64,000 bases of DNA, from positions 40,888 through 104,887 of the forward strand of contig CALUMT010000020.1 in NCBI GenBank assembly GCA_944321845.1, read 5' to 3'. Positions 29,093-42,432 of this stretch are shown here, in pieces. The notes beneath the pieces were generated by a model. That model made no database searches. It was not told the DNA's origin and saw nothing but the letters and a program-made list of their open reading frames with translations. Origin of the DNA: an uncultured Butyricimonas sp. (GTDB lineage: Bacteria; Bacteroidota; Bacteroidia; Bacteroidales; Marinifilaceae). Position 1 is the stretch's first letter. Each line of letters starts with the position of its first letter. The position numbers and the translations under genes were made by a program.

Positions 29093-30937
29093 TTATTTTG
29101 CTAATAATTCAGTTACTTTTTCTTTTAATTCAACAACAGTGAAGGGTAATCCTGCCACTTTATTATATTGCTCGTAGTGGAATTGCGGGAATTTACTACG
29201 CAGGTAAGAAGCAAATTGACCGAGATTCAACTCGCATACCAATATCTTCTTGAACTTGGCCAACACGGCTTCCGTGTTTCTTGGAAGCGGATTGATATAA
29301 TTGAAGTGAGCCAAACTAACATCCTTACCTTCTTCACGCAATTCGCGTACAAGAGAATACAAGTGGCCATAGGTTCCACCCCAACCCACAACAAGCAATT
29401 CGCCACCATCCTGGTTACCGATAATTTCTTGTTCCGGTATATAGTCAGCGATTTTAGCTACTTTGGCAGCACGCAAATCTGTCATGATCTGGTGGTTTTC
29501 CGGAACATAACTGATTTCTCCTGTTACATTCACTTTCTCAAGACCTCCAATCCGGTGTTCCAATCCCTTGGTTCCCGGGATAGCCCACTTACGAGCCAAT
29601 GTTTCAGGGTCACGGGCATAAGGCTTATAATCTTCACCTTCTTGAGCCTTTCTCGGAGTAATCGTAGGCAGATCCTTCATGGATGGAATCTTCCAGGGTT
29701 GTGCCCCGTTACCGAGGTATCCATCCGTTAACAAGATAACCGGAGTCATATGTTCAACAGCGATCTTGGCAGCACGGAAGGCGTAGTCGAAACAGTTTCC
29801 CGGAGTGCTGGCAGCGATTACCGGCATGGGTGATTCTCCGTTACGCCCGTAAAGTGCCTGCAATAAATCAGCTTGCTCGGTCTTCGTCGGTAGACCAGTT
29901 GACGGGCCTCCACGTTGTACATCCACGATGACCAAGGGTAATTCCGCCATAACAGCCAATCCGGCAGCTTCACTCTTCAATGCCAAACCGGGACCGGAAG
30001 TCGTGGTGATGGCCAGATTACCAACATAACTTGCACCGATAGAAGTACAAATACCAGCGATTTCATCCTCAGCCTGATATGTTTTAACTCCTAAATCACG
30101 ACGCAATGCCAACTCATGCAAGATATCTGTTGCCGGAGTAATAGGATATGAACCACAGAACAAAGGCAGACCAGATTTCTCAGAAGCCGCAAGGAATCCC
30201 CAAGCAGTAGCCTTATTCCCGGTAATGGTACGATAACGTCCTTTTTCAATATGAGCCGGAGCTACATTGAAATGCACGGCTAAGGCATGCACGTTAGCTG
30301 CATAGTTGTGACCACTTATAAGAACTTTCACGTTAGCATCAGCAACTTGTGGCTTTTTAGCAAATTTAGACCGGATGAAAGCTTCCGTGTGTTCGATAGG
30401 AAGATCAAACATCCAGAATATCATACCCAACGTAAACATGTTCTTACATTTAACGATGGACTTCTGGTCTAATCCGCTATCCTTTAATGCCTCTTCCGTT
30501 AATTGAGTCACATGAACAGGAACAACATTATAGTCATTCAGGATAGAATCTTCCAATGGATTGCCCGTGTAACCGGCCTTCTCTATATTCTTATCATTAA
30601 AAGCGTCCAAATTCACAATAATCGTGGCACCTTTTTTGGCCCACCGCAAATTCGCTTTCAACGCAGCCGGGTTCATCGCAACTAAAACATCGGCATAGTC
30701 CCCAGGGGTTTTTACTGGGTTATCACCAATATGAACCTGGAATCCGGAAACACCACCTACAGTTCCCTGAGGGGCACGGATTTCAGCAGGATAATCCGGA
30801 AACGTTGACACGCCGTTTCCAAATAACGCGGCAGCATCCGAGAATTGCTGACCTGTTAATTGCATTCCATCTCCAGAGTCTCCGGAGAAACGGATTACAA
30901 TGTCTTTTTTGTCGATAACTTCTGTCTTTTCACTCAT
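29093..30937 (-). CDS. korA: 2-oxoglutarate/2-oxoacid:ferredoxin oxidoreductase, alpha subunit (fused gamma-alpha type)
   Basis: 614 aa, ending 2 nt upstream of korB. It shows typical patterns (FSGDSGDGMQLTG, GSYPITPATDILHEL). Confidence 0.85.
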   Translation of the reverse strand: MSEKTEVIDKKDIVIRFSGDSGDGMQLTGQQFSDAAALFGNGVSTFPDYPAEIRAPQGTVGGVSGFQVHIGDNPVKTPGDYADVLVAMNPAALKANLRWAKKGATIIVNLDAFNDKNIEKAGYTGNPLEDSILNDYNVVPVHVTQLTEEALKDSGLDQKSIVKCKNMFTLGMIFWMFDLPIEHTEAFIRSKFAKKPQVADANVKVLISGHNYAANVHALAVHFNVAPAHIEKGRYRTITGNKATAWGFLAASEKSGLPLFCGSYPITPATDILHELALRRDLGVKTYQAEDEIAGICTSIGASYVGNLAITTTSGPGLALKSEAAGLAVMAELPLVIVDVQRGGPSTGLPTKTEQADLLQALYGRNGESPMPVIAASTPGNCFDYAFRAAKIAVEHMTPVILLTDGYLGNGAQPWKIPSMKDLPTITPRKAQEGEDYKPYARDPETLARKWAIPGTKGLEHRIGGLEKVNVTGEISYVPENHQIMTDLRAAKVAKIADYIPEQEIIGNQDGGELLVVGWGGTYGHLYSLVRELREEGKDVSLAHFNYINPLPRNTEAVLAKFKKILVCELNLGQFASYLRSKFPQFHYEQYNKVAGLPFTVVELKEKVTELLAK

Positions 30938-31251
30938 GACTTGGTTATTTGTTCTTTATTATGATACTAAAAATATATTCTATTACAGCTTGAATACATG
31001 TTGTAAAACATGTGTAAAGGTAGGCATTACAAATATCTAAACAAGTTTGTATCAGTATTTTTTTCTTCCAACATATACACCTGACTCTCAATCTTGAACA
31101 TGTTGAAAAACATATTTTTTCACAAGAATAAATTGAATCCATTCTAAATAATTATCTTTCCCCCGTCATTTTTCTCACAAATCATAAGTTTTTTTCGTAA
31201 CTTTCGTTTTCAATATTATGCATTATGTCCAATATATAATTACAATATATC

Positions 31252-32790
31252 ATGATGAAACATTTTGGGTTAGTAGCTGTCATTTTTTTATGTCTTCTCA
31301 GCTGCTCAAAAAAGCAAGACATACAAGAGTCAACAAATCTCCCGGATGAAAAGGATACTTATCTTATCACGGCCACACAAGTTGGAGAAATCTCCAGGGG
31401 TATGACGATACATCAATTATATTCAACCTTTTCATCCCGCCAAATCAAGCACTCGCAAATCACAGGCGGATATTTTAATCAAGTAGTTGACAATTATGAC
31501 ATCTATTCCCCTGACGGGCGTATACTATTAACGGTAACCCCTGAAATCGCGGATGACACGAGTTCCATGATAAACCAGATCATCATACGTGATACATCTT
31601 ATCAAACCGCACAAGGTATTAACCTAAACTCAACGTTAAAAGATATTCGGACCAAATACCACACGATAAAATACTTGCCAATGGCTCACCAGATTGTTGT
31701 ATCGGTTCCGAAAATCAGTACCAATTTCTTAATCAACAAACAAACACTAAATGACAATTGGTGGGACAGCAATGCCAAAGAAATCATAGAAGAAAATATC
31801 CCAGACTCCACGAAAATTGAAGGAATTGTCGTTTATTGGACCTCTGCAAATGCACCCGGACAAAAAGTAATTGCCCTCTTTACCGCCCAATTCTGGGAGG
31901 ATATCCTGGCTAAATTTGTCACCTGGTGCATTGTAGAATTACCTTCCATTATTATTTTAATCGCCCTTTTTATCGGTCTTTTGCGCTTTATCAGATTCTC
32001 CGTTGCCAAGATGAAACGGGTCGCCCTGAACAAAGCTCAAAGATCAAATAATGTCGACACGGATGAAGCAAGTAAACGCATCAACACGTTATCCGGGATT
32101 ATATATGGAATTTGCAGAATTTTCTTTTGGGTAATCTTTCTATTAATCTTACTGTCAAAATTCAATATCAATATTGCCCCCATCCTAGCGAGCGCGGGAA
32201 TTGTCGGATTAGCCGTCGGCTTTGGAGCCCAAGAATTAGTGCGGGATTTTATTTCCGGTTTCTTTATTTTATTGGAAAACCAATTAAGAACCGGCGATTG
32301 GGCTATTATTAATGGTACGGAAGGCCTGGTCGAAAAAATAGAATTACGGACCATTACGTTACGAGATAGCTCCGGAACTGTCCACATTTTCCAGAATGGC
32401 AAGATCAACACGCTATCGAATATGACGAAAGAATGGTCCGCCATCGTTTTGCAAATAGGTATCGCTTACAAAGAAGACACGGACTACGCCTGTCAATTAA
32501 TGCAACAAGTCGGAGATGAGATGCTTAATGATCCGAAATTCAAAGACCTCATGCTAGAACCCATTACCATCAGTGGAGTGAACGATTTCGCTGACAGTGC
32601 TGTTGTCATTCGTCTCGTCTTAAAAACAAAACCAATGCAACAATGGACTGTCGGACGGGAATACCGCAGACGGATAAAAAAACTGTTCGATGAAAAACAC
32701 GTGGAATTCCCATTCCCGTATAGAACCGTTACCTGGGGAGATTGCTCTAACCCCATCCGCCTGAAAATAGAGAAAGATGAGGCAAAATAA
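31252..32790 (+). CDS. Mechanosensitive ion channel (MscS family) with an N-terminal lipoprotein-like extracytoplasmic domain
   Basis: 512 aa with a lipobox (FLCLLSCSKK) and an MscS core (AGIVGLAVGFGAQELVRDFISGFFILLENQLRTGD). Confidence 0.8.
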   Translation: MMKHFGLVAVIFLCLLSCSKKQDIQESTNLPDEKDTYLITATQVGEISRGMTIHQLYSTFSSRQIKHSQITGGYFNQVVDNYDIYSPDGRILLTVTPEIADDTSSMINQIIIRDTSYQTAQGINLNSTLKDIRTKYHTIKYLPMAHQIVVSVPKISTNFLINKQTLNDNWWDSNAKEIIEENIPDSTKIEGIVVYWTSANAPGQKVIALFTAQFWEDILAKFVTWCIVELPSIIILIALFIGLLRFIRFSVAKMKRVALNKAQRSNNVDTDEASKRINTLSGIIYGICRIFFWVIFLLILLSKFNINIAPILASAGIVGLAVGFGAQELVRDFISGFFILLENQLRTGDWAIINGTEGLVEKIELRTITLRDSSGTVHIFQNGKINTLSNMTKEWSAIVLQIGIAYKEDTDYACQLMQQVGDEMLNDPKFKDLMLEPITISGVNDFADSAVVIRLVLKTKPMQQWTVGREYRRRIKKLFDEKHVEFPFPYRTVTWGDCSNPIRLKIEKDEAK

Positions 32791-32814
32791 TTTGGAAAAA
32801 CAAAACTTCTTCAC

Positions 32815-33876
32815 ATGGCCCGTTTCCTAAAAGACAGACAAAAATCCCAAGGAGCAGCTCCGGGGTCCTTGATTTTTATTGGACAACAGAAAATCGAACA
32901 CCCTATTGTTCACATTACACGATACTCATCCGATGAAATCAAGGAATATACCCCTGACAGCATCGAAGAAATCCAGACAAGTATCTCCAATGACCATATC
33001 GCGTGGATCAATGTGGCCGGTCTTCACGACACGGAGTTTATCGCCCAATTAGGGAAAATTTTTAATATCTCACCCCTTATTTTAGAAGATATTGTCAATA
33101 CAGATCAACGACCCCGTTTTAGTGAAGAAAACGAACATTTGTATGTTATCGCAAAGTCATTCTACATTGATAAAGGAGACAATAAGGTCCACATGGAACA
33201 AATCTCCATCATAGTCGGAGCACATTATCTACTTACCATTCAAGAAACAAGCAGAGAATATTTTAAAGACATAAGAAAGAGGCTTATTGAAGGGAAGACA
33301 CGTATCCGCACGCTAGGTTCCGATTATCTATGCTACACGTTATTAGATACCCTGGTTGACAGCTACATCATAAATCTAGAGAAACTAGGGACCGCTATCG
33401 AGGAAGAAGGGAAAAATATTTTTCTAACGGAATCCGATACAATCAAAGAATTATATTATTTCAAAACTGAATTATCGTATATACGGAAGAACGTACGCCC
33501 ATTCAAAGAAATTTCCTATCGCTTTATCAATTGCGATTCACCCATTATAAATGAACGGACATACATTTATCTACGAGATTTGGACGATCTTGTACTACAA
33601 GCCCAAGAAGCGATTGAAATATATTACACGATGGTTTCTGATCAAATAAATCTATTCCAGACAAATGTCAGCAACAAGGTCAACGATGTAATGAAGGTCT
33701 TGACGATATTCTCCACGATTTTTATCCCACTGACATTCATTGCAGGCATTTATGGAATGAATTTTGAATATATTCCCGAATTACATTATCGCCCCGCTTA
33801 TTTCATTCTTTGGGGTATCATGATTGTAATCACGGTAATCATGCTCTTCTATTTCAAACGCAAAAAATGGTTTTAA
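32815..33876 (+). CDS. corA: Magnesium/cobalt transporter CorA
   Basis: 353 aa with the YGMNF signature and two C-terminal TM helices. Confidence 0.85.
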   Translation: MARFLKDRQKSQGAAPGSLIFIGQQKIEHPIVHITRYSSDEIKEYTPDSIEEIQTSISNDHIAWINVAGLHDTEFIAQLGKIFNISPLILEDIVNTDQRPRFSEENEHLYVIAKSFYIDKGDNKVHMEQISIIVGAHYLLTIQETSREYFKDIRKRLIEGKTRIRTLGSDYLCYTLLDTLVDSYIINLEKLGTAIEEEGKNIFLTESDTIKELYYFKTELSYIRKNVRPFKEISYRFINCDSPIINERTYIYLRDLDDLVLQAQEAIEIYYTMVSDQINLFQTNVSNKVNDVMKVLTIFSTIFIPLTFIAGIYGMNFEYIPELHYRPAYFILWGIMIVITVIMLFYFKRKKWF

Positions 33877-34191
33877 TCAAGCCTGTCCCTTCGGTTCCAT
33901 ATCCAACGGAAAGATGGCATTATTATTTCCATTTTCCGGAAGATTAATCCGTCCATAAGTTTGTTCAAACTTACGAATGTTATCTTGCAAGGCGTACAAT
34001 AAACGCTTGGCATGTTCGGGGGTAAGAATTATTCGACTTTTAACACTAGCCTTGGGAAGGCCTGGCATAATCCGAATAAAATCGGCAACAAATTCAGAAC
34101 TTGAATGAGATATGACAACTAAATTTGCATACGTACCTTGTGCAACATCGTTATTCAATTCAATGTCTAATTGTCCTTTTTTATCTTCCAT
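33877..34191 (-). CDS. DUF3467-like small protein
   Basis: 104 aa with YANLVVISHSSSEFVADFIRIMPGLPKASVKSRIILTPEHAKRLLYALQDNI, which I recall as the DUF3467 pattern. It lies immediately downstream of rpoC, as in other Bacteroidota. Confidence 0.65.
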   Translation of the reverse strand: MEDKKGQLDIELNNDVAQGTYANLVVISHSSSEFVADFIRIMPGLPKASVKSRIILTPEHAKRLLYALQDNIRKFEQTYGRINLPENGNNNAIFPLDMEPKGQA

Positions 34192-34223
34192 AATTAATTC
34201 ATTTTAATTGCACGAGAAAGATA

Positions 34224-34231
34224 CAAATTTA
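34224..34231 (-). promoter_or_regulatory. -7 box (TAAATTTG) for the DUF3467 gene
   Basis: The plus strand reads caaattta, which is TAAATTTG on the minus strand. It lies 33-40 nt upstream of the ATG at 34191 and downstream of the rpoC terminator. Confidence 0.4.
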
Positions 34232-34251
34232 TTTTCGAAATTCCTACCATT

Positions 34252-34308
34252 TATAAAAAAGAGAAAGACTAGCCCAAAATAATTTCAATTCTTATTTCAG
34301 GCTAGTCT
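34252..34308 (-). terminator. Intrinsic terminator after rpoC
   Basis: 9-bp stem AGACTAGCC (34266-34274) / GGCTAGTCT (34300-34308). On the minus strand it is followed by TTCTCTTTTTT. Confidence 0.5.
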
Positions 34309-34315
34309 ATAATTA

Positions 34316-37300
34316 TTATTTATTCTTCTCTGCTTTAGCTAAATCAGCCTTTGAACCGACAATCAAACTTCTAAGTTCTTTCATACCGGTTCCGACAGGA
34401 ATCAAGTGACCGCATATCACGTTCTCTTTCAAACCTTCCAACGGGTCAACCTTTCCATAAATAGCAGCTTCATTCAAGACTTTAGTGGTCTCCTGGAATG
34501 ATGCAGCAGAAATAAAGCTTGAGGTCTGTAATGCGGCTCTAGTGATACCTTGCAATACCTGAGCAGAAGTAGCTGGTACAGCATCCCGTGCTTCCACAAC
34601 TTTCAAGTCCCGACGTTTCAATTGAGAATTAATATCCCGCAATGTCCGAACTGAAATAATCTGCCCTGGTTTTACTCGATCTGAATCTCCCGCATCAAGA
34701 ACGACTTTCTTTCCATAAATGGAATCATTCTCTTCCATGAACTCAGTCTTATCAACAACCTGGCTTTCCAAGAAACGCGTATCTCCAGCATCTTGAATCA
34801 ATACCTTACGCATCATCTGGTGCACGATAATCTCAAAATGTTTATCATTAATCTTTACACCCTGCATACGGTATACATCTTGAACCTCATTCACGATATA
34901 CTCTTGTACCTTAATCGGTCCTTCAATATTCAAGATATCCGTTGGAGTAATTGCACCATCAGACAAGGGGGTTCCTGCACGCACATAATCATTCTCCTGC
35001 ACCAGAATCTGCTTAGACAAGGATACCAAATACTTCTTCACCTCTCCAGCTTTCGAAGTAATAATGATTTCCCGGTTACCACGTTTGATCTTACCATAAG
35101 TAACCTCTCCATCAATTTCAGACACAACGGCCGGGTTAGACGGATTACGTGCTTCAAACAACTCAGTCACACGAGGAAGACCTCCGGTGATATCACCAGC
35201 CTTGCCTACTGCTCTAGGAATCTTTGCAATCGTACTTCCCGCGGTAACCTGGTCACCGACCTTTACCGTAATATGCGCCCCCACAGGTAGATTATAACTC
35301 TTCACGGTATTACCATCCTTATCCTGGATACACAAAGCCGGAGCTTTCATCTTGTCACGGAACTCAATGATAATCATTTCCCGGAATCCTGTCGTTTCAT
35401 CAGACTCTTCTTTATAGGTTTCACCCTCTATCAAGTTTTCCAAAGCGACAGTTCCAGCATACTCTGTAATAATTAGAGCATTGAACGGGTCCCACTCGCA
35501 TAACAAATCCCCCTTCGCAATTTCTTGTCCATCCTTGACAAACAATTTGGCTCCATAAGGGATCGCGTGCGAAATCAAAACAATATTCGTATTCTTATCC
35601 AAAATACGCAATTCCGTCAAACGTCCAACAACCACATCGCATGTTGTTCCATTATCCAACATGTGTTCAACAGAACGCAATTCTTCAAATTCCACGTAAC
35701 CATCGTATTTGGCCTTCAATGAATTCTCACTAGAAATATTTCCGGCAGTACCTCCCACGTGGAATGTTCTCAACGTCAACTGAGTACCAGGCTCTCCAAT
35801 TGATTGAGCTGCAATAACACCGACAGCTTCTCCCTTCTCCACCATTCGACTTGTTGCCAAGTTACGTCCGTAACATTTTGCACAAACACCTTTCTTAGCT
35901 TCACACGTCAAAACAGAACGAACCTCAACACGTTCAATCGGAGATTTCTCTATAATATCTGCAATCTCTTCTGTTATTTCCTCTCCTGAGGCAACAATTA
36001 ATTCTCCCGTATTCGGATGATAGATATCATGAACAGAAACACGTCCCAATATTCTTTCTGATAAAGAAGCTACAACCTCTTCATTATTCTTTATTGCAGA
36101 TATCGTTATTCCTCTCAATGTACCACAATCATCCTCTGTAATGGTGATATCATTAGCAACATCCACCAAACGACGAGTCAAATAACCGGCATCAGCCGTT
36201 TTCAATGCCGTATCGGCCAAACCCTTACGAGCACCGTGAGTAGAAATGAAATACTCCAACACAGACAAACCTTCCTTGAAATTCGCCAAAATCGGATTTT
36301 CAATAATCTGTCCTCCAGTAGCTCCTGATTTTTGAGGTTTTGCCATCAAACCACGCATACCACCTAATTGTCGAATCTGCTCTCTAGAACCACGAGCTCC
36401 AGAATCCAACATCATGTAGATAGAATTAAATCCTTGGTCATCGGCAGCCAATTGTTTCATCAACGTATTGGTCAAATTAGCATTCACATGAGTCCAGATA
36501 TCAATAATCTGGTTATAACGTTCGTTATTCGTTATGAATCCCATGTTATAATTAGCCAACACCTCTTCTACCTGGTCAAATCCTTCTTGCAACAATTCCT
36601 GTTTATTTTCCGGAACGATTACATCACCCAGGTTAAATGACAAACCTCCCTCAAAGGCCTTCCGATATCCCAAGTCCTTAATATCATCCAAGAATTTAGC
36701 CGTTACATCTACTCCACAACGCTTAAACACATCACCGATAATATCACGCAACGCTTTCTTGGTGATCAACGTATTTATATAAGGGAAATTCTTAGGAGTA
36801 TATTGGTTCAATATAATACGCCCCACGGTGGTTTTAATCATATGCCGAATCGCATTTCCCGCATCATCAACATCATCAATTTTCACCTCGATCTCGGCAT
36901 GCAAATCTACCGCTCTTTCATTGAAAGCGATAATAACCTCTTGCGGGGAATAGAATTTTAATCCCTCTCCTTTCACACCCTTTCTCGGTTTGGTAATATA
37001 GTACAAACCAAGTACCATATCCTGAGAAGGCACTGTAATAGGAGCTCCATTAGCCGGATTTAGAATATTATGCGCACACAGCATTAAAATCTGAGCCTCC
37101 AAAATAGCCTCATTACCCAAAGGCAAATGCACAGCCATCTGGTCACCATCAAAGTCCGCATTAAATCCAGTACAAGCCAACGGGTGCAAACGGATAGCCT
37201 TTCCTTCTATCAATTTAGGCTGGAATGCCTGAATACCTAAACGGTGCAAAGTCGGGGCACGGTTCAACAACACCGGATGCCCTTTCAATACATTTTCCAG

Positions 37301-38569
37301 AATATCCCATACCACAGGATCTCTCCGATCGACAATCTTCTTTGCACTCTTCACCGTTTTCACGATCCCGCGTTCTATCAATTTCCGGATAATAAAAGGC
37401 ATATACAATTCCGCAGCCATATCCTTCGGCAAACCGCACTCGTGCATTTTCAAATCCGGTCCTACAACAATTACCGAACGGGCAGAATAGTCAACACGTT
37501 TACCCAACAAATTTTGCCGGAAACGTCCTTGTTTACCTTTCAAGCTATCGGATAATGATTTCAACGGACGATTATTCTCGATCTTTACAGCGCTAGCTTT
37601 ACGAGAATTATCAAATAAAGAGTCTACAGCCTCCTGTAACATACGTTTCTCGTTACGCAATATCACATCAGGAGCTTTAATCTCGATCAATCTCTTTAAA
37701 CGGTTGTTTCTTATGATTACCCGTCTATACAAATCATTCAAGTCAGAAGTAGCAAAACGTCCTCCGTCCAAAGGAACCAATGGACGCAATTCAGGCGGAA
37801 TCACGCACAGTACCTTCACGATCATCCATTCTGGCTTGTTAATATCCTTACTTTCACGGAATGCTTCTACCACCTGCAACCGCTTCAGGGCTTCATTCTT
37901 TCTCTGCTGAGAAGTCTCCGTGTTTGCTTTATTTCTCAATTCGTAAGACAAATCATCCAAGTTCAAACGCTCCAACAACATGCCTATTGCTTCAGCACCC
38001 ATTTTAGCGATGAACTTATTTGGATCATCGTCATCCAAATATTGGTTATCCGTGGGAAGTTTATCCAAAATATCCAAGTATTCCTCTTCCGTCAGAAAAT
38101 CCATTACCTTTAATCCAGACTCCGCCATAATACCAGGATTTACGACGACATATCTTTCATAATAAATAACGGCATCCAACTTTTTAGATGGCAATCCCAA
38201 AAGATAACCTATTTTATTAGGCAAAGATTTAAAATACCAAATATGAGCGACAGGAACAACCAACTGAATATGTCCCGTACGTTCACGACGCACTTTTTTC
38301 TCTGTTACTTCAACACCACAACGGTCACAAACAATCCCTTTGTAACGAATCCGCTTGTATTTACCGCAATGACATTCGTAATCTTTTACAGGCCCGAAAA
38401 TACGTTCACAAAACAAACCATCACGTTCCGGTTTGTAAGTACGATAATTTATAGTCTCTGGCTTTAAAACGGCACCACTCGAACGCTCTAGAATCTCTTC
38501 TGGCGATGCTAATCCAATTGCAATCTTCGTAAAATTATTTTTTACTTTAGTATCTTTTCTAAAGGCCAT
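34316..38569 (-). CDS. rpoC: DNA-directed RNA polymerase subunit beta'
   Basis: It has the NADFDGD catalytic motif and a zinc-binding CHCGKY...CDRCGVEV. The track start at 38581 is TTG; the ATG giving MAFRKD is at 38569. Confidence 0.97.
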   Translation of the reverse strand: MAFRKDTKVKNNFTKIAIGLASPEEILERSSGAVLKPETINYRTYKPERDGLFCERIFGPVKDYECHCGKYKRIRYKGIVCDRCGVEVTEKKVRRERTGHIQLVVPVAHIWYFKSLPNKIGYLLGLPSKKLDAVIYYERYVVVNPGIMAESGLKVMDFLTEEEYLDILDKLPTDNQYLDDDDPNKFIAKMGAEAIGMLLERLNLDDLSYELRNKANTETSQQRKNEALKRLQVVEAFRESKDINKPEWMIVKVLCVIPPELRPLVPLDGGRFATSDLNDLYRRVIIRNNRLKRLIEIKAPDVILRNEKRMLQEAVDSLFDNSRKASAVKIENNRPLKSLSDSLKGKQGRFRQNLLGKRVDYSARSVIVVGPDLKMHECGLPKDMAAELYMPFIIRKLIERGIVKTVKSAKKIVDRRDPVVWDILENVLKGHPVLLNRAPTLHRLGIQAFQPKLIEGKAIRLHPLACTGFNADFDGDQMAVHLPLGNEAILEAQILMLCAHNILNPANGAPITVPSQDMVLGLYYITKPRKGVKGEGLKFYSPQEVIIAFNERAVDLHAEIEVKIDDVDDAGNAIRHMIKTTVGRIILNQYTPKNFPYINTLITKKALRDIIGDVFKRCGVDVTAKFLDDIKDLGYRKAFEGGLSFNLGDVIVPENKQELLQEGFDQVEEVLANYNMGFITNNERYNQIIDIWTHVNANLTNTLMKQLAADDQGFNSIYMMLDSGARGSREQIRQLGGMRGLMAKPQKSGATGGQIIENPILANFKEGLSVLEYFISTHGARKGLADTALKTADAGYLTRRLVDVANDITITEDDCGTLRGITISAIKNNEEVVASLSERILGRVSVHDIYHPNTGELIVASGEEITEEIADIIEKSPIERVEVRSVLTCEAKKGVCAKCYGRNLATSRMVEKGEAVGVIAAQSIGEPGTQLTLRTFHVGGTAGNISSENSLKAKYDGYVEFEELRSVEHMLDNGTTCDVVVGRLTELRILDKNTNIVLISHAIPYGAKLFVKDGQEIAKGDLLCEWDPFNALIITEYAGTVALENLIEGETYKEESDETTGFREMIIIEFRDKMKAPALCIQDKDGNTVKSYNLPVGAHITVKVGDQVTAGSTIAKIPRAVGKAGDITGGLPRVTELFEARNPSNPAVVSEIDGEVTYGKIKRGNREIIITSKAGEVKKYLVSLSKQILVQENDYVRAGTPLSDGAITPTDILNIEGPIKVQEYIVNEVQDVYRMQGVKINDKHFEIIVHQMMRKVLIQDAGDTRFLESQVVDKTEFMEENDSIYGKKVVLDAGDSDRVKPGQIISVRTLRDINSQLKRRDLKVVEARDAVPATSAQVLQGITRAALQTSSFISAASFQETTKVLNEAAIYGKVDPLEGLKENVICGHLIPVGTGMKELRSLIVGSKADLAKAEKNK

Positions 38570-38588
38570 ATTTATATACAATTATCCA

Positions 38589-41500
38589 TTATAATAGATT
38601 CACACTTAACCCTAATCCCCGAAGCTCATGCAACAACACGTTAAATGACTCTGGGATTCCCGGTGTTGGCAGAGGTTCACCCTTCACGATATGCTCGTAG
38701 GTCTTCGTTCTTCCCATCACATCATCCGACTTCACGGTCAATATCTCTTGCAATATATGTGACGCACCGAAAGCCTCAAGAGCCCAAACCTCCATCTCTC
38801 CGAAACGCTGACCTCCGAATTGTGCTTTACCACCCAAAGGCTGCTGCGTAATCAACGAGTACGGTCCAATAGAACGAGCGTGCATCTTATCATCAACCAT
38901 ATGCCCTAACTTCAGCATATAGATAACACCGACAGTTGCAGGTTGGTCAAAACGTTCTCCAGTTCCTCCGTCATACAAATAGGTCGTTCCAAATCTTGGT
39001 ATACCTGCTTCATCCGTGTATTTATTAATATCATCCAAGGATGCACCATCAAAAATCGGTGTCGCGAATTTCAGTCCCAATTTCTGTCCGGCCCAACCAA
39101 GTACAGTTTCAAATACCTGTCCCAGATTCATACGTGAAGGCACACCTAACGGATTCAAACAAATGTCTACCGGAGTACCGTCTTCCAGGAATGGCATATC
39201 CTCAACGCGAACAACCCTGGAAACAATACCTTTATTACCGTGACGTCCTGCCATCTTATCACCGATTTGTAATTTACGTTTCTTGGCCACGTAAACTTTA
39301 GCGATCTTGATTATACCAGACGGAAGTTCATCTCCCACGGTAACATTATATTTTTTCCGCTTATTCTGACCTTCGATCTCCTTGTATTTGATGGTATAGT
39401 TATGCAACAAATCACGAATCATGTCATTCTTCTGCTTATCCGTGGTCCATTTGTTCGGATTAATCTGCAAGAAATTCATGCTTTGAAGCATCTTGTATGA
39501 GAATTTCACTCCCTTGGGAACGATATCTTCATTCAGATAATTCTTTACGCCCTGAGAAGTTTTACCGTTTACTAACTCGAACAACTTATCGATCAATAAA
39601 GAGGTCAAATCTCCCACACGACGCTGGAATTGCTCGTCTAATTCTGCTAAAATATTTTTGCTGGCAGCTTTAGACTTACGATCAACCATCGTACGTTGGT
39701 ACAATTTCTTGTCAATAATAACACCCTTCAACGAAGGAGAAGCCTTCAAAGAAGCATCCTTCACATCACCCGCCTTATCTCCGAAGATTGCACGCAACAA
39801 CTTCTCTTCCGGACTAGGATCAGATTCTCCCTTAGGAGTAATCTTTCCGATCAGTATATCTCCCGGCTCAACACGAGCACCGATACAGATAATACCGTTC
39901 TCATCCAGATTCTTTGTAGCATCCTCACTTACGTTCGGGATATCGGCCGTCAATTCCTCCAAACCACGTTTGGTTTCACGTACTTCCAAGGAATACTCGT
40001 CAACATGTACAGACGTAAAAATATCATTTCTAACAATATTCTCAGAAATCACGATTGCATCCTCGTAATTATACCCCTTCCAAGGCATGAATGCAACTTT
40101 CAAATTACGTCCTAATGCCAACTCTCCATTCTGAGAAGAATAACCTTCCGTAAGAATTTGTCCTTCCTCTACTCGTTGTCCTTTCTTTACAATAGGTTTC
40201 AACGTAATAGTTGTACTTTGGTTAGTCCGCTGATACTTCGGCAAATAATATTCCTTCATATCAGAATCAAAGCTAACAAAAGCTTCCTCTTCCGTCCGAT
40301 CATACTTGATGACAATCTTACGTCCGTCAACATAATCGACAACCCCACTTCCTTCTGCAACAACCTGCGTTCTGGAATCCTTGATCAAATTAGCCTCCAA
40401 TCCCGTTCCCACGATAGGTGATTGCGGGGATATAATAGGTACAGCCTGACGCATCATGTTAGATCCCATCAATGCACGGTTAGCATCATCATGCTCCAAG
40501 AACGGGATCAAAGAAGCTGCGATTGAAGCAATCTGGTTCGGAGCCACATCAATCATGTCAATCTCCTCTCCTGCTGCCAACGGGAAGTCTGCATCCTTAC
40601 GGGCCTTAATCCATTTGGAAGTAAAATGTCCCTCATCATCCATTGGAGAACTTGCCTGGGCTATCACCAAGTCTTCTTCCTCTTCCGCAGAATAATAACG
40701 AATACCTTCCGGGCTTAAATCAACCACCCCATTATTCACTTTCCGATACGGGGTCTCGATAAAACCTAAATCATTGATCTTTGCGTACACGCAAAGCGAA
40801 GAAATCAATCCGATATTCGGTCCTTCAGGAGTCTCGATAGGACACAAACGTCCATAGTGCGTGTAATGCACGTCACGTACCTCGAATCCGGCACGGTCTC
40901 TCGACAAACCACCAGGTCCTAAGGCAGACATACGTCTTTTGTGCGTAATCTCAGCCAAAGGATTCGTCTGGTCCATAAACTGAGACAATGCGTTTGTCCC
41001 GAAGAATGAATTAATTACCGAAGACAAAATCTTGGAATTAATCAAATCGACTGGGGTAAACACCTCGTTATCCCGCACGTTCATTCGTTCACGAATTGTA
41101 CGGGCCATACGGGCCAAACCTACCCCAAATTGGTTATATAATTGTTCACCGACAGTGCGAACACGACGGTTACTCAAATGGTCAATATCATCAACATCCG
41201 TCTTTGCATTTAACAAACGGATCAAATACTTGATAATCTCGATAATATCCTCCTTCGTTAAAACCCGGATATCCGGATCTGTCGAAAGATTCAATTTCTT
41301 GTTCAATTTATATCGTCCTACATCACCCAAGTCGTAACGCTTATCCGAGAAGAACAATTTGTCGATCACGTCACGGGCCGTTGCCTCGTCAGGTGGCTCC
41401 GAACTACGCAATTGCCTATAAATATGCATAACCGCTTCCTTCTCTGAGTTACAGGGGTCTTTCTGCAGGGTATTATATATTATCGCATAATCTGCGAGAT

Positions 41501-42401
41501 TCTGTATTTCCTTGTGAAGCAAAATGGTCTTTGCACCAGACTCCACGATTGCATCAATGTGCTCAGGTTCCAAAACCGTCTCTCTGTCTACAATAATCTC
41601 GTTACGTTCAATAGAAACAACTTCACCAGTATCCTCATCTACGAAATCCTCGACCCACGATTTCAAAACACGCGCAGCCAACCGTCTGCCAATAACTTTC
41701 TTCAATCCCGTGCGGGAAACATTCACCTCATCTGCCAATCCAAAGATTTCAAGAATATCCTTATCCGTCTCAAAACCGATTGCCCTTAAAAGAGTTGTTA
41801 CAGGTAATTTCTTCTTACGATCGATGTAAGCATACATCACATTATTAATGTCTGTAGCGAATTCGATCCATGAACCCTTAAAAGGTATAATTCTGGCAGA
41901 ATAAAGCTTAGTCCCATTCGCGTGAATACTCTGTCCAAAAAACACACCTGGAGATCTGTGCAACTGAGAAACAATCACACGCTCTGCCCCATTGATCACG
42001 AAAGTTCCTTTCGGAGTCATATATGGCACATTACCCAAATACACATCTTCCACCACGGTATCAAAATCCTCATGCTCCGGGTCTGTACAATACAACTTAA
42101 GTTTTGCTTTTAAAGGAGCCCCGTACGTTAATCCTTGTGCCAAACATTCTTCAATCGTATAACGAGGGGGATCAATAAAATAATCCAAAAACTCCAAAAC
42201 AAAATTATTCCGCGTATCTGTTATCGGGAAATTTTCCTTGAAAACCGTATAAAGTCCTTCATTCTTCCGGTTCTCAGGCGTAGTACCTAATTGAAAAAAG
42301 TCTTTGAAAGACTTCAATTGAATCTCTAAAAAATCAGGATATGGCAACTGATTTTTTGTCGATGCAAAGCTTATTCTATTGTTTGAATTATATGAAGACA
42401 T
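38589..42401 (-). CDS. rpoB: DNA-directed RNA polymerase subunit beta
   Basis: 1270 aa with conserved blocks ([25 protein letters not shown]). Confidence 0.97.
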   Translation of the reverse strand: MSSYNSNNRISFASTKNQLPYPDFLEIQLKSFKDFFQLGTTPENRKNEGLYTVFKENFPITDTRNNFVLEFLDYFIDPPRYTIEECLAQGLTYGAPLKAKLKLYCTDPEHEDFDTVVEDVYLGNVPYMTPKGTFVINGAERVIVSQLHRSPGVFFGQSIHANGTKLYSARIIPFKGSWIEFATDINNVMYAYIDRKKKLPVTTLLRAIGFETDKDILEIFGLADEVNVSRTGLKKVIGRRLAARVLKSWVEDFVDEDTGEVVSIERNEIIVDRETVLEPEHIDAIVESGAKTILLHKEIQNLADYAIIYNTLQKDPCNSEKEAVMHIYRQLRSSEPPDEATARDVIDKLFFSDKRYDLGDVGRYKLNKKLNLSTDPDIRVLTKEDIIEIIKYLIRLLNAKTDVDDIDHLSNRRVRTVGEQLYNQFGVGLARMARTIRERMNVRDNEVFTPVDLINSKILSSVINSFFGTNALSQFMDQTNPLAEITHKRRMSALGPGGLSRDRAGFEVRDVHYTHYGRLCPIETPEGPNIGLISSLCVYAKINDLGFIETPYRKVNNGVVDLSPEGIRYYSAEEEEDLVIAQASSPMDDEGHFTSKWIKARKDADFPLAAGEEIDMIDVAPNQIASIAASLIPFLEHDDANRALMGSNMMRQAVPIISPQSPIVGTGLEANLIKDSRTQVVAEGSGVVDYVDGRKIVIKYDRTEEEAFVSFDSDMKEYYLPKYQRTNQSTTITLKPIVKKGQRVEEGQILTEGYSSQNGELALGRNLKVAFMPWKGYNYEDAIVISENIVRNDIFTSVHVDEYSLEVRETKRGLEELTADIPNVSEDATKNLDENGIICIGARVEPGDILIGKITPKGESDPSPEEKLLRAIFGDKAGDVKDASLKASPSLKGVIIDKKLYQRTMVDRKSKAASKNILAELDEQFQRRVGDLTSLLIDKLFELVNGKTSQGVKNYLNEDIVPKGVKFSYKMLQSMNFLQINPNKWTTDKQKNDMIRDLLHNYTIKYKEIEGQNKRKKYNVTVGDELPSGIIKIAKVYVAKKRKLQIGDKMAGRHGNKGIVSRVVRVEDMPFLEDGTPVDICLNPLGVPSRMNLGQVFETVLGWAGQKLGLKFATPIFDGASLDDINKYTDEAGIPRFGTTYLYDGGTGERFDQPATVGVIYMLKLGHMVDDKMHARSIGPYSLITQQPLGGKAQFGGQRFGEMEVWALEAFGASHILQEILTVKSDDVMGRTKTYEHIVKGEPLPTPGIPESFNVLLHELRGLGLSVNLL

Positions 42402-42432
42402 CTATTATTATTTTTGAACCTAAACAATCATA

